Shown: positions 46,101 to 58,089, numbered from the stretch's first letter. The stretch: DNA of 64,000 nt from Macrostomum hystrix (GCA_950097015.1 CATNEN010000002.1:5518001-5582000); one strand, 5' to 3'. Notes: a model not told the origin generated them from the sequence alone. A program made the numbers and translations.

Positions 46101-49100
46101 ATTCAGGATGGGTTTGGGATTCAAATTCAGGATGGGTTTGAGATTCAAATTCAGGATGGGTTTGGGATTCAAATTCAGGATGGGTTTGAGATTCAAATTC
46201 AGGATGGGTTTGGGATTCAAATTCAGGATGGGTTTGGGATTCAAATTCAGGATGGGTTTGAGATTCAAATTCAGGATGGGTTTGGGATTCAAATTCAGGA
46301 TGGGTTTGGGATTCAAATTCAGGATGGGTTTGAGATTCAAATTCAGGATGGGTTTGGGATTCAAATTCAGGATGGGTTTGGGATTCAAATTCAGGATGGG
46401 TTTGGGATTCAAATTCAGGATGGGTTTGGGATTCAAATTCAGGATGGGTTTGAGATTCAAATTCAGGATGGGTTTGGGATTCAAATTCAGGATGGGTTTG
46501 GGATTCAAATTCAGGATGGGTTTGGGATTCAAATTCAGGATGGGTTTGGGATTCAAATTCAGGATGGGTTTGAAATTCAAATTCAGGATGGGTTTGGGAT
46601 TCAAATTCAGGATGGGTTTGGGATTCAAATTCAGGATGGGTTTGGGATTCAAATTCAGGATGGGTTTGGGATTCAAATTCAGGATGGGTTTGGGATTCAA
46701 ATTCAGGATGGGTTTGAGATTCAAATTCAGAATGAATTTTCAGATTATAATTCGGGGTGGATTTCGGGATGGATTTCGGGTTGAAATTCGGGATGGATTT
46801 CGGGTTGAAATTCGGGATGGATTTCGAGTTAACATAGGGGTTATTTCAGGCAAATATTCAGGATGGAAGTATAGTAAAATTCAGGATGGATTTCGGGTTA
46901 AAATTCGGTACAGATTCTGGTTAAGGTTCTTCGAGTATTTGAATTTCACGGAGCACATGGCCTTTTTAAGATCCTTTTCTCAACAAAAATCCTCAGGACG
47001 ACGAAATCGGTAGAAACCGCGGCGTTCACAAAATCAAAGGCGGTTGCACTGCTCTGGTCACCGTATTTCTGCTGGACCGTGTCTACATTGCTTGCGCTGG
47101 TGACAGCAGGTTAGCAAACACTGTTTAACCACTGGATAATTCTGGCAAAATAATTTATTTTCTTTTCATTAGTTAACCTTTAAAGTGTCGTGAGTCATTC
47201 TTACCTATTTAGTCTAGGATGATTCGGGTCGTGGGTCATTCCTATTTGGTCTAGAATGATTTGGGTCGTGAGTCATACTTATTTAGTCTTGGGTCATTTG
47301 GGTCGTGAGTCATACTTATTTAGTCTAGGGTCATTTGGGTCGTGAGTCATACTTATTTAGTCTAGGGTGATTTGGGTCGTGAGTCATTCTTATTTAGTCT
47401 AGGGTAATTTGGGTCATGAGTCATTCTTATTTAGTCTAGGGTCATTTGGGTCGTGAGTCATACTTATTTAGTCTAGGGTCATTTTGGGTCGTGAGTCATA
47501 CTTATTTAGTCTAGGGTCATTTGGGCCGTGAGTCATACTTATTTAGTCTAGGGTCATTTGGGTCGTGAGTCATACTTATTTAGTCTTGGGTCATTTGGGT
47601 CGTGAGTCATACTTATTTAGTCTAGGGTGATTTGGGTCGTGAGTCATTCTTATTTAGTCTAGGGTAATTTGGGTCATGAGTCATTCTTATTTAGTCTAGG
47701 GTCATTTGGGTCGTGAGTCATACTTATTTAGTCTAGGGTCATTTTGGGTCGTGAGTCATACTTATTTAGTCTAGGGTCATTTGGGCCGTGAGTCATACTT
47801 ATTTAGTCTAGGGTCATTTGGGTCGTGAGTCATACTTATTTAGTCTTGGGTCATTTGGGTCGTGAGTCATACTTATTTAGTCTTGGGTCATTTGGGTCGT
47901 GAGTCATACTTATTTAGTCTAGGGTCATTTGGGTCATGAGTCATTCTTATTTAGTCTAGGGTCATTTGGGTCGTGAGTCATACTTATTAAGTCTAGGGTC
48001 ATTTGGGTCGTGAGTCATTCTTATTTAGTCTAGGGTCATTTGGGTCGTGAGTCATTCTTATTTAGTCTAGGGTCATTTGGGTCGTGAGTCATACTTATTT
48101 AGTCTAGGGTCATTTGGGTCGTGAGTCATACTTATTTAGTCTAGGGTCATTTGGGTCGTGAGTCATACTTAATTAGTCTAGGGTCATTTGGGTCGTGAGT
48201 CATTCTTATTTCGTCTAGGGTCATTTGGGTCGTGAGTCATACTTATTTAGTCTAGGGTCATTTGGGTCGTGAGTCATTCTTATTTAGTCTAGGGTCATTT
48301 GGGTCGTGAGTCATACTTATTTAGTCTAGGGTCATTTGGGTCGTGAGTCATACTTATTTAGTCTAGGGTCATTTGGGTCGTGAGTCATACTTATTAAGTC
48401 TAGGGTCATTTGGGTCGTGAGTCATACTTATTTAGTCTAGGGTCATTTGGGTCGTGAGTCATACTTATTTAGTCTAGGGTCATTTGGGTCGTGAGTCATA
48501 CTTATTTAGTCTAGGGTCATTTGGGTCGTGAGTCATTCTTATTAAGTCTAGGGTCATTTGGGTCATGAGTCATACTTATTTAGTCTAGGGTCATTTGGGT
48601 CGTGAGTCATACTTATTTAGTCTAGGGTCATTTGGGTCGTGAGTCATACTTATTAAGTCTAGGGTCATTTAGGTCGTGAGTCATACTTATTTAGTCTAGG
48701 GTCATTTGGGTCGTGAGTCATACTTATTTAGTCTAGGGTCATTTGGGTCGTGAGTCATACTTATTAAGTCTAGGGTCATTTGGGTCGTGAGTCATACTTA
48801 TTAAGTCTAGGGTCATTTGGGTCGTGAGTCATACTTATTTAGTCTAGGGTCATTTGGGTCGTGAGTCATACTTATTAAGTCTAGGGTCATTTGGGTCGTG
48901 AGTCATACTTATTTAGTCTAGGTTCATTTGGGTCGTGAGTCATACTTATTAAGTCTAGGGTCATTTGGGTCGTGAGTCATACTTATTAAGTCTAGGGTCA
49001 TTTGGGTCGTGAGTCATACTTATTAAGTCTAGGGTCATTTGGGTCGTGAGTCATACTTATTTAGTCTAGGGTCATTTGGGTCGTGAGTCATACTTATTTA

Positions 49101-52100
49101 GTCTAGGGTCATTTGGGTCGTGAGTCATACTTATTTAGTCTAGGGTCAATTAGGTCGTGAGTCATTCTTATTAAGTCTAGGGTCAATTAGGTCGTGAGGT
49201 CATAGCCGTTCCGGAGTCATTTTTGATTATGAGTCATTAAAAAGTAGTTTAGACTTCAGACTTAGTTTAGAAGGTCGGGAGTTCGTTTCTAAGTCCAAGT
49301 AAACATAGAGCTTGCGTTTCATAATGGTTGCCAGCATCAGCTTGGGTCGAATTCTGCGGACTGAGCAACAGGGACTGGAACAGCTCATTATTATTTTCCA
49401 ATTTCAGAGCCGTTCTCTGTCGCAGCGGCGGCGTCCTCGCCCTGACCGTCGACCAGACGCCGCACAGCGACAGGCAGCGGTTGCAGGCCGTGGCCGCTCA
49501 TCATCCGCGCCTGACTCAGGGCGAATTCAGCCCTCTGCAGTTTGCCCGACGGCTTAGTCGGCGCGATTTGGGGCGCAGGATGCTCTGCAGATCTGCCTGG
49601 GTGCAGGGATGGTGAGTCCCGAGTGTGCATTCGTTGCTTATTCAACTTATCACATCTCACCTGTCCCTATTTAAATCTCTCCTGTCCCTATTTAAATCTC
49701 TCCTGTCCCTATTCAAATCTCTCCTGTCCCTATTCAAATCTCTCCTGTCCCTATACAAATCTCACCTGTCCCTATTCAAATCGCTCCTGTCCCTATTCAA
49801 ATCTCACCTGTCCCTATTTAAATCTCTCCTGTCCCTATTTAAATCTCACCTGTCCCTATGAAAATCTCACCTGTCCCTATGAAAATCTCACTTTTCCTAA
49901 TTGAAATCTCACCTGTTCCTATAAAAATCTCACCTGTCCCTATACAAATCTCACCTGTCCCTATACAAATCTCACCTGTCCCTATAGAAATCTCACCTGT
50001 CCCTATACAAATCTCACCTGTCCCTATACAAATCTCACCTGTCCCTATTTAAATCTCACCTGTCCCTATTTAGATCTCACCTGTCCCTATTTATTTTTCA
50101 CCTGTCCCTATTTAAATCTCACCTGTCCCTATTTATTTCTCACCTGTCCCTATTTAAATCTCACCTGTCCCTATTTATTTCTCACCTGTCCCTATTTATT
50201 TCTCACCTGTCCCTATTTAAATCTCACCTGTCCCTATTTAAATCTCACTTTTCCTAATTGAAATCTCACCTGTCCCCATTTAAATCTAACCTGTCCCTAA
50301 ATCTCACCTGTTTCTGTTCAAACCTCACCTAATCCAATTCAAATCTCACCTTTCTCGTTCAAATCTCACTAGTATTTTTGGAATTTCACTTCTCTCTCGT
50401 CGATTCGCATTCTTTCTTCTCGAACATGAACAGTTTTTTTCTCTGCCAGCAGCCTCAATAAATGGCTTCACCACTCACTCACAGGGCTGTTTTGCTGCTT
50501 TTATTATTGCAGTTCCGCTATTCCGCAATGCCCCTATAAACCCGTTGCAACCTATCGCAGGTACTATAAAACTGTGTCAGAGGAGGATGTGCTGTTTCCG
50601 CTCATCACTGGCGATGCTAGAAAGGTTTATTTAATTATATTTTACTTTTTACCATATTTTTCGTGTGCTTTGTTAAGCCTACTTAATTAATTATGCTTGA
50701 CCGCAATTGCTTATAACAATACATTATGCAGCTTATCATAATTGAATTTTGTTATTACTAATGTTGCTGGTAAACTTTTTGCTAACTTTAGCTATTTCTC
50801 TTGCATTTTTTCTCTTTTTTACGTAGTTTACCGAATAGGTTCTGCCTGCTTGAAACTAACTAGCCGACTTAATTAGCTAATTAATCTGTGTAGCTATTAT
50901 CTATTCTACCTTAGTCATTTCCGCCCCCTTCTCAGGTATATGGTTAGTTACTTCCACTCCTTTCTCAGGCCTATCCTTAGTCATATCCGCTCCTTTCTCA
51001 GGCCTATCCTTAGTCATATCCGCCCTTTTCACAGGCCTTTCCTTAGTTCACAGGCCTTTCCTTAGTCATATCCGCCCTTTTTACAGGCCTTTCCTTAGTC
51101 ATATCCGCCCCTTTCTCAGGCCTATCCTTAGTCATATCCGCCCCTTTCTCAGGCCTTTCCTTAGTCATATCCGCCCCTTTTACAGTCCTATCCTTAGTCA
51201 TATCCGCCCTTTATGCTGTATGCGGATATGCGGATATCCGTCATAGGGCGGATATAGGCCTTATCGGATCCTTAGTCATATCCGCCCCTTTCTCAGGCCT
51301 ATCCTTAGTCACTTTCGCCACTTTCTCAGGGCTTTTTTAAGTCATATCCGCCCCTTTCTCAGGCCTTTCCTTAGTCATATCCGCCCCTTTCTCAGGCCTA
51401 TCCTTAGTCACTTTCGCCACTTTCTCAGGGCTTTTTTAAGTCATATCAGCCCCTTTCTCAGGCCTATCCTTAGTCATAAACTTCCCTTTGGTTTTTTATG
51501 GTCATACAACTCATACTCAGACAAATCTGGTCTGCCTAGCAACTACAGCGCATAAAAACTAGTGCAATCTAAAAAATGGTTTGTATCGAATAGATTGCTG
51601 CAATGTCTGCTAGCATTCGGATCAGCAACGCGGGGCTGATTTCAGCCAGTTGAATGTAGCAATACTAAGCGAAATTGTTCAACTAGTTTTATGGGCATTA
51701 TGTATTTTCAAAGGGATCAGTTTGTGTATTTCCCGTGCGGAATAATTGATTTCGAGCTAGTTAAATTTTACTAATCACCCAGTATGATTGTTGCTTATAC
51801 TTAGTTTACTTAGTTTAATTTCTGTGCACTTTTTCTAGTCTTGCATTGTTTAACTATTCAAGGAACAAAAAACTGTACTTCTAGTTGCTTAACTTATTCT
51901 TGTCATTGTTTTCTAATTCGGATTTATAATTCAGCTTTCTACTTCTCTCTTCACTCTCCTTTCTCTCCTCTCTCCCCTCTCCCCTCTCCTCTCCCCTCTC
52001 TTCGTTCTCCTCTCCACTCTCCCCTCTCTCCTCTCCCTTCTCACCTCTGACCTCTCAGAAACATTTTCATTTTCTCCATATTTTCCCACAACCCCCTTTC

Positions 52101-54427
52101 GCCTTATACACTCTCCTAATCATTTCCCCTCATCTCCCAATCCTTTTTCTATAATTAAATTTATTTATAACCCTCCCCAATTTCAATCCGACTTCCTCAG
52201 TCCCGTCTCCTAGCAACCATCGGCGTTGCTCGCGGATTCGGCGATCACGACCTGCTGGTGTCGGACTCCAGCATCGCCGTGAAGCCTTTCCTCAGCTGCG
52301 TGCCCCAGGTGGTCGCTGTCAGCTCTTTGCTGACTGACGATGGTCAAAGCTCCGGCGACTATATTGTCATGGCAACTGACGGCCTGTGGGATGTGCTTAG
52401 CAACGATGCTGCAAATGCCGTTGTCAAGGACGCTGTTAGTCAAGAGTCTAGCTGTCCGTGAGTTACTAAGCCTGTTACCAGGGTCCCGTGTTTTGCGTGG
52501 AATTTAAAATATTCAGTTTTCATTGTGTAAAATTATAATTAATGTTCCTAAATCCCATCATCAATTTCAAATCCCATGTTAGGATATAAAATTCTCACAT
52601 TCGAATTCGAAAATACAATATTGGGTATTCAAATACCCGTCTAGTGATTAAAAATCACCTATCTTGGGCTTCCAAAATCTTATCTTGGGATTCCAAAATC
52701 CTATCTTGGGATTCCAAAATCCTATCTTGGGATTCCAAAATCCTATCTTGGGATTCCAAAATCCTATCTTGGGATTCCAAAATCCTATCTTGGGATTCCA
52801 AAATCCTATCTTGGGATTCCAAAATACTTTCTTGGGATTCCAAATTCTTATGTTGGGATTCCAAAATCCTATCTTGGGATTCCAAAATCCTTTCTTGGGA
52901 TTCCAAATTCTTATCTTGGGATTCCAAAACCCTGTCTTTGGATTCCAAAATACTTTCTTGGGATTCCAAACTCCTATCTTGGGATTCCAAAATCCTATCT
53001 TGGGATTCCAAAATACTTTCTTGGGATTCCAAAATCCTGTCTTTGGATTCCAAATTCTTATATTGGGATTCCAAAATCCTGTCTTTGGATTCCAAAATGC
53101 TTTCTTTGGGATTCCAAAATCCTATCTTAGGATTCTAAAATCCTGTCTTAGGATTCTAAAATCCTGTCTTGGGATTCTAAAATCTGATATTTGGATTTTA
53201 AACTCCCATCTAGGATTCTAAAATACAATATTGATATCTAATTATAAAATCCCATAATTACATTCCAAATTCCAAATTCCTATCTAGGATTCCAAAATAC
53301 CAACCAGGTGTTTTAAATTCCAATTTTGGGGTTCTCATCCATCTCACCCGTCTTAGATTTTATCCCTTATCATAGCTTTTAGCAAGTTATTGATAATATT
53401 GATAATCATTATTGATGATCATTTCAAGTCCAAAACATTGTTATCTGTGTTTACACCATCAATTCGTAGCAATAGGCAGAAATGATTTGTACTTTAGTGC
53501 TTCACTTATCGAGTGATTTATTGTTCAGCTATATTACATAAGTACCAATGCACTCAGTGCTGTCTGGCCTCCGTCGCTTGCACTCAACTGAACCGACGGA
53601 ACTAACGTGTCAGACATGGCGAACAGAGAAATAGAAAGAGAGACAGGGATACACATTCTGGGGAAATAATTTTATGACATTTCATTCCTGTAGCCCATGC
53701 TGGTGTCTGTTGTGGCATCCTCACTTCTGTCTCCGTGTCCCCTTCTGAATTTCAACTGCTCACGCGTGCCTGTGCAGTCTGAGCTGCTGGGCACTCTAAT
53801 GCATTGGAAAATGCTTAGGTAATTTAGTCTAGAAATTAGTCTAAAAGTGTCTGCTGTGCATCGTTTTTTCGATACATATCGGGTAGATTTCTTACAGCTA
53901 GGGACTCCACCACACCCACCTGAATTTCTATCTCAGTAAATGCTGTTACCCATTTTACAGTTAGGAGAACTGAAGCACTGGGGAATCTAGTGTCTTGCTC
54001 AATGAAACAAATTCTTTGTGTCTGCGATTCGAACTCCTGACCTCTCAGTCACTTAGTTCAACTAGATAATTATCACATCGCCTTGTGTCTTTCGATACAT
54101 ATCGGGTATGTTGTTATATATAAGACACAAATAAACACTTCCATTTTCCTTAGGTGTGTCATCGCCGCCCAGGCTCTCGTTGGCTCAGCCCGTGGCACCT
54201 GGCAGCGCATTAAGCAGCAAGAACAGCAGCAGCAGGTAGGCGGAGGTGGCTGCTGGAGACTTTCAACCATCAGCGATTCTCAGGACGTCGGCGACAGCGG
54301 CGACGGAGACACGAATGAGACCATTTCGACTAAGGAGGCCGTGGCTTCGCTGGATGACATCTCCTGCTTTGTCATTCCGCTGGGTTGGATCAGAAGAATG
54401 GCGGCCGACAACAGACCCAAAGAATGA
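43122..54427 (+). CDS. PPM1H: PP2C/PPM-family phosphatase, PPM1H/J/M subfamily, 9 exons, 524 aa
   Basis: Exons 43122-43366, 43950-44121, 45100-45216, 45299-45427, 46997-47109, 49408-49611, 50561-50624, 52201-52457, 54154-54427 (1575 nt). Motifs KYPYSRPCFL, GYAEAINGGKSQRNEDQA, YFALFDGHAG, GGCTAL, AGDSRAV, flap region EFSPLQFARRL...GWYYKTV, LATIGVARGFGDHDL, MATDGLWDVLSN, SLDDISCFVIPL. Confidence 0.94.
43432..43941 (+). repeat. Minisatellite, 34 nt unit, PPM1H intron 1
   Basis: TGTAATATCCGTGACCATTACCCACTGATCCCAC tandem running into the acceptor. Confidence 0.95.
44155..45072 (+). repeat. Minisatellite, 18 nt unit, PPM1H intron 2
   Basis: CATGACTATGCTCATC(C/T) tandem. Confidence 0.95.
45644..46732 (+). 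repeat. Minisatellite, 24 nt unit, PPM1H intron 4
   Basis: ATTCAAATTCAGGATGGGTTTG(G/A)G tandem. Confidence 0.96.
47225..49200 (+). repeat. Minisatellite, 37 nt unit, PPM1H intron 5
   Basis: GGGTCATTTGGGTCGTGAGTCATACTTATTTAGTCTA tandem, roughly 50 copies. Confidence 0.96.
49652..50355 (+). repeat. Minisatellite, 21 nt unit, PPM1H intron 6
   Basis: TCTCACCTGTCCCTATTTAAA tandem. Confidence 0.93.
50905..51478 (+). repeat. Minisatellite, about 33 nt unit, PPM1H intron 7
   Basis: CCTTAGTCATATCCGCCCCTTTCTCAGGCCT(A/T)T tandem. Confidence 0.88.
52661..53225 (+). repeat. Minisatellite, 21 nt unit, PPM1H intron 8
   Basis: GGGATTCCAAAATCCTATCTT tandem. Confidence 0.93.
53886..54089 (-). mobile_element. 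CORE-type tRNA SINE with 19-bp flanking direct repeat (candidate TSD), PPM1H intron 8
   Basis: Minus strand: B-box GGAGTTCGAATC, then GAGCAAGACACTAGATTCCCCAGTGCTTCAGTTCTCCTAACTGTAAAATGGGTA (MIR/CORE-like). Flanked by TTTCGATACATATCGGGTA at 53867-53885 and 54090-54108. Confidence 0.7.
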
Positions 54428-55343
54428 AACGTCGATCGCGCAGCGGATATGTGTCGAAAACTGTTCTTGGAAATAATTTTTTTCTAATCGGCTTGCTAAA
54501 GAAAATTTGAAAATCATGTCTTTGATACGAACTGTATTTATTTGTTTAAAATATCTTTTTAATTGCCGATATGTATCGAAAAAATGTTAAAATACGTTCC
54601 TATGTTCATACTACTTTCTGTAACAAGGTTAATATTTTTTGACAAAATGTCTTCCGTGATTTCTTCCAAGCTTTAGCAGTGAGAAGATAAAAATATTTTA
54701 GCTTCTGACTTTTTTATGACACTTTGTAACTTATTTTCCAATGAAAAAGCTGGTGTTGCTCTACTTTCAGTAGGTTGTTGAATATTTTTTAAAGAACAAA
54801 TTATTGCTTCTTTGTCGCAGATTGGCCATCAAAATGATTGTTCGATTGCTCGGTGCTTCCTTATATAGAATTTTCTAGTTACAAATGTTATAGCATTGTT
54901 TAAACTTATACGATTCTAGTTTAATCTGTCCCGTCTTGTCATTATACAAAAAACCAAACTATTTACAATATTTAAACTTTTTGTTAAATTTAACAAAGCT
55001 CGAATAATACTCTTTCTTTCTTCCACTGTTTGTTTGTTTGTGCTGCTAACATTTTTAAGCTGTCATTTTCTTTTTTGTTTCAGTCCTTAACATTCCATGC
55101 TGTTTGTGCTTTTTCTTCTATTTTTTGGTTTGTTAAAATATCAAATAAAATATGTCATTATCAATCCAGTTTTTGTCTGAATTATTTCTCTGATTTACTA
55201 CACTACTGAAGCTTTACATATGTAGTAAGTAGGATATATTGAGTGTTTCGATAAATTGTAAAAAATTAATAAAAAACCCATTTTTTAAAGGCCTGAACAG
55301 CAAGTTTTCACTCCTGGACAAAGACTTCGCTGACAGTTAACGC

Positions 55344-58089
55344 ATGTTCTCATCCGGAGCACTGGAGGTGAGCTCCACCTTCACCAAGCACGTCTGCGCC
55401 ATCTGCGGCGACAGAGCCTCTGGCAAGCACTACTCCGTGTACTCCTGCGAGGGCTGCAAGGGCTTTTTCAAGCGCACAGTCAGGAAGGATCTGAAGTACA
55501 CGTGTCGAGACGAGCGGCGCTGCTGCATCGACAAGCGGCAGCGGAATCGCTGCCAGTTCTGCCGCTACATGAAATGCCTCCAGATGGGCATGAAGCGCGA
55601 GGCGGTTCAGGAGGAGCGCCAGCGGGCAAAGGAGCGCGAGGAGGCGGCTGCTGCTGCTGCTAGCTGTAGCGCCGGTGCCAATTCGGTCATGGCCACCGTG
55701 GGCTCGCCTGCTAGCAGCGGCGGCAACTTCAACGATCCTAACACTCCGGCATCGGTTGGCGCAGGCTCCGGTGTGGGCGCTGTCTCCGCCGCTGCCTCCG
55801 CTGCTGACCACGGCATCGACGTGCAGAAGATTCTGGACGCTGAGCTGGCACTGGAGCCACCCGTCTCCTCCTATGTGGACGCCACCGACAATCCCGTGAG
55901 CTGCCTGCCTGTTTCTCTGTCTGTCACTCCCCCGTTCTCTGTCTGTCACTCCCCTGTTCTCTGTCTGTCACTCCCCTGTTCTCTATCTTTCACTCTCCTG
56001 TTCTCTATCTCTCAATCCCCCGTTCTGTCTGTCACTCTCCTGTTCTCTATCTCTCAATCCCCCGTTCTCTGTCTGTCACTCCCCTGTTCTCTGTCTGTCA
56101 CTCCCCTGTTCTCTATCTTTCACTCTCCTGTTCTCTATCTCTCAATCCCCCGTTCTGTCTGTCACTCTCCTGTTCTCTATCTCTCAATCCCCCGTTCTGT
56201 CTGTCACTCTCCTGTTCTCTATCTCTCAATCCCCCGTTCTGTCTGTCACTCTCCTGTTCTCTATCTCTCAATCCCCCGTTCTCTATCTTTCACTCCCTTG
56301 TTCTCTCTCTGGCACTCTACCGTTCTCAATACGTCATTTTACCGATCCGCCTGTCACTCATTGTTTGATCTGTCACTTGTCACGGTGTCTGTCACTCCAA
56401 TTCCGCATCCCAGGTGAGTCGGATCTGCCAGGCCGCTGACAAGCAGCTCATGGCCCTTGTCAACTGGGCCAAGCAGCTGCCTCACTTCTGTGAGTTGCCC
56501 CTAGAAGACCAGGTTGTGCTGATCAAGAGCAGCTGGAACGAGCTGCTCATCGCCTCGTTCTCCTATCGAAGCACCGTGGTGAGCAACGGCATCCTCCTGG
56601 CAACCGGTTTCCACGTGCACCGGGAGGTGGCCAAGGAGCACGGAGTCGGCGCCATCTTCGACCGGATCCTGGTTGAACTGGTGCAGAAGATGCGCGAGAT
56701 GCGAATGGACCGAACTGAGCTGGGCTGCCTCAAGGCCATTGTGCTGTTTAACTCTGACGCCAGATCGCTAACTGCCAGGACTCAGGTTGAGCAGGTGAGA
56801 TTCGGCTTTTGTAGAATTCGTTTTTTCTGGTGATTTCGGGTTTTAAGATTTTTTTCTGGACTTTTCGTATTGTCAGATTTAAGTCTTTTATAAAAGTTTC
56901 GGGTTTTTGATAACAGTTTCGGGTCTTTTTGATAAAAGTTTCGGGTTTTTTATAAAAGTTTCGGGGTTTTGATAAAAGTTTCGGGTTTTTTATAAAAGTT
57001 TCGGGTTTTTTATAAAAGTTTCGGGTTTTAAATGAAAGTTTCGGGTTTTCTATAAAAGTTTCGGGTTTTTGATAAAAGTTTCGGGGTTTTGATAAAAGTT
57101 TCGGGTTTTTTATAAAAGTTTCGGGTTATTTATGAAAGTTTCGGGTTTTAAATGAAAGTTTCGGGTTTTTTGATAAAAGTTTCGGGTTTTTGATAAAAGT
57201 TTCGGGTTTTTGATAAAAGTTTCAGGTTTTTTATAAAAGTTTCGGGTTTTTGATAAAAGTTTCAGGTTTTTTATAAAAGTTTCGGGTTTTTGATAAAATT
57301 TTCGGGTTTTTGATAAAAGTTTCGGGTTTTTGATGAAAGTTTCGGGTTTTTGATAAAAGTTTCGGGTTTTTGATAAAAGTTTCGGGTTTTTGATAAAAGT
57401 TTCGGGTTTTCGATAAAAGTTTCGGGTTTTTGATAAAAGTTTCGGGTTTTCGATAAAAGTTTCGGGTTTTCGATAAAAGTTTCGGGTTTTAAATAAAAGT
57501 TTCGGGTCTTGAATAAAAGTTTCGGGTTTTAAATGAAAGTTTCGGGTTTTTCTTCTGAAAGTTTCAGTTTTCAGAGGTTTCTGGGTTATTTTTGAATTCT
57601 CGTTTTTATTGTTAGGAATTTTTAAGATTTACGTTTTTCTGAAGTTTTAGCTGTTTTAGTCTTTAAAAAAACTTTCTTTAAATTTCAGTTTTTTCTCTAT
57701 TTTTTCGGTGTTATTTCTTATTGTTTCAAAAATATTGTCTATTAATCAAGTCAATTAATCTGACATAGTATTTTACGAAAGGTTTGAGTTTCTTCTAATG
57801 GTTCCGGTTTTTCTCACATGCAGAGCACAACATGCGATAAAAGTAAAACTCTATGCATACTGCGCACCCCATCACCGCACCCAAGGTACGAGACAAGCTC
57901 TACCTGGCCCTGGAGGAGTACTGCCGCAACGCCTACCCTGACGAGTCTGGCAGGTTCTCCCGCTTGCTGCTGCGACTGCCGGCCCTGCGCAGCATCGGCC
58001 TGAAGACCCTGGAGCACCTGTTCTTCTTCCAGCTGGTTGGACAGACTCCCGAGGACTCGTTCCTGGCCGAGATGCTGGCCGAGCCCTGA
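55344..58089 (+). CDS. RXR: Retinoid X receptor (NR2B), 3 exons, 378 aa (an upstream exon cannot be excluded)
   Basis: Exons 55344-55895, 56414-56794, 57886-58089. [34 protein letters not shown]...[28 protein letters not shown]; [83 protein letters not shown]-2 FLAEML. Confidence 0.96.
55915..56300 (+). repeat. CT-rich minisatellite (21/42 nt), RXR intron 1
   Basis: CTGTCTGTCACTCTCCTGTTCTCTATCTCTCAATCCCCCGTT units. Confidence 0.88.
56885..57550 (+). repeat. Minisatellite, 20 nt unit, RXR intron 2
   Basis: AAAAGTTTCGGGTTTTT(T/G)AT tandem. Confidence 0.94.

Noticed and set aside
45567-47013. Long ORFs of 361-453 aa on both strands (IQIQDGFG, NLNPKPIL and FKFRMGLG repeats)
   Set aside because: Translations of a stop-free 24-nt minisatellite inside PPM1H intron 4.
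43432-49200. Regular 34-37 nt repeats resembling CRISPR arrays in period
   Set aside because: Units are contiguous with no unique spacers, there are no cas genes, and the context is eukaryotic introns.
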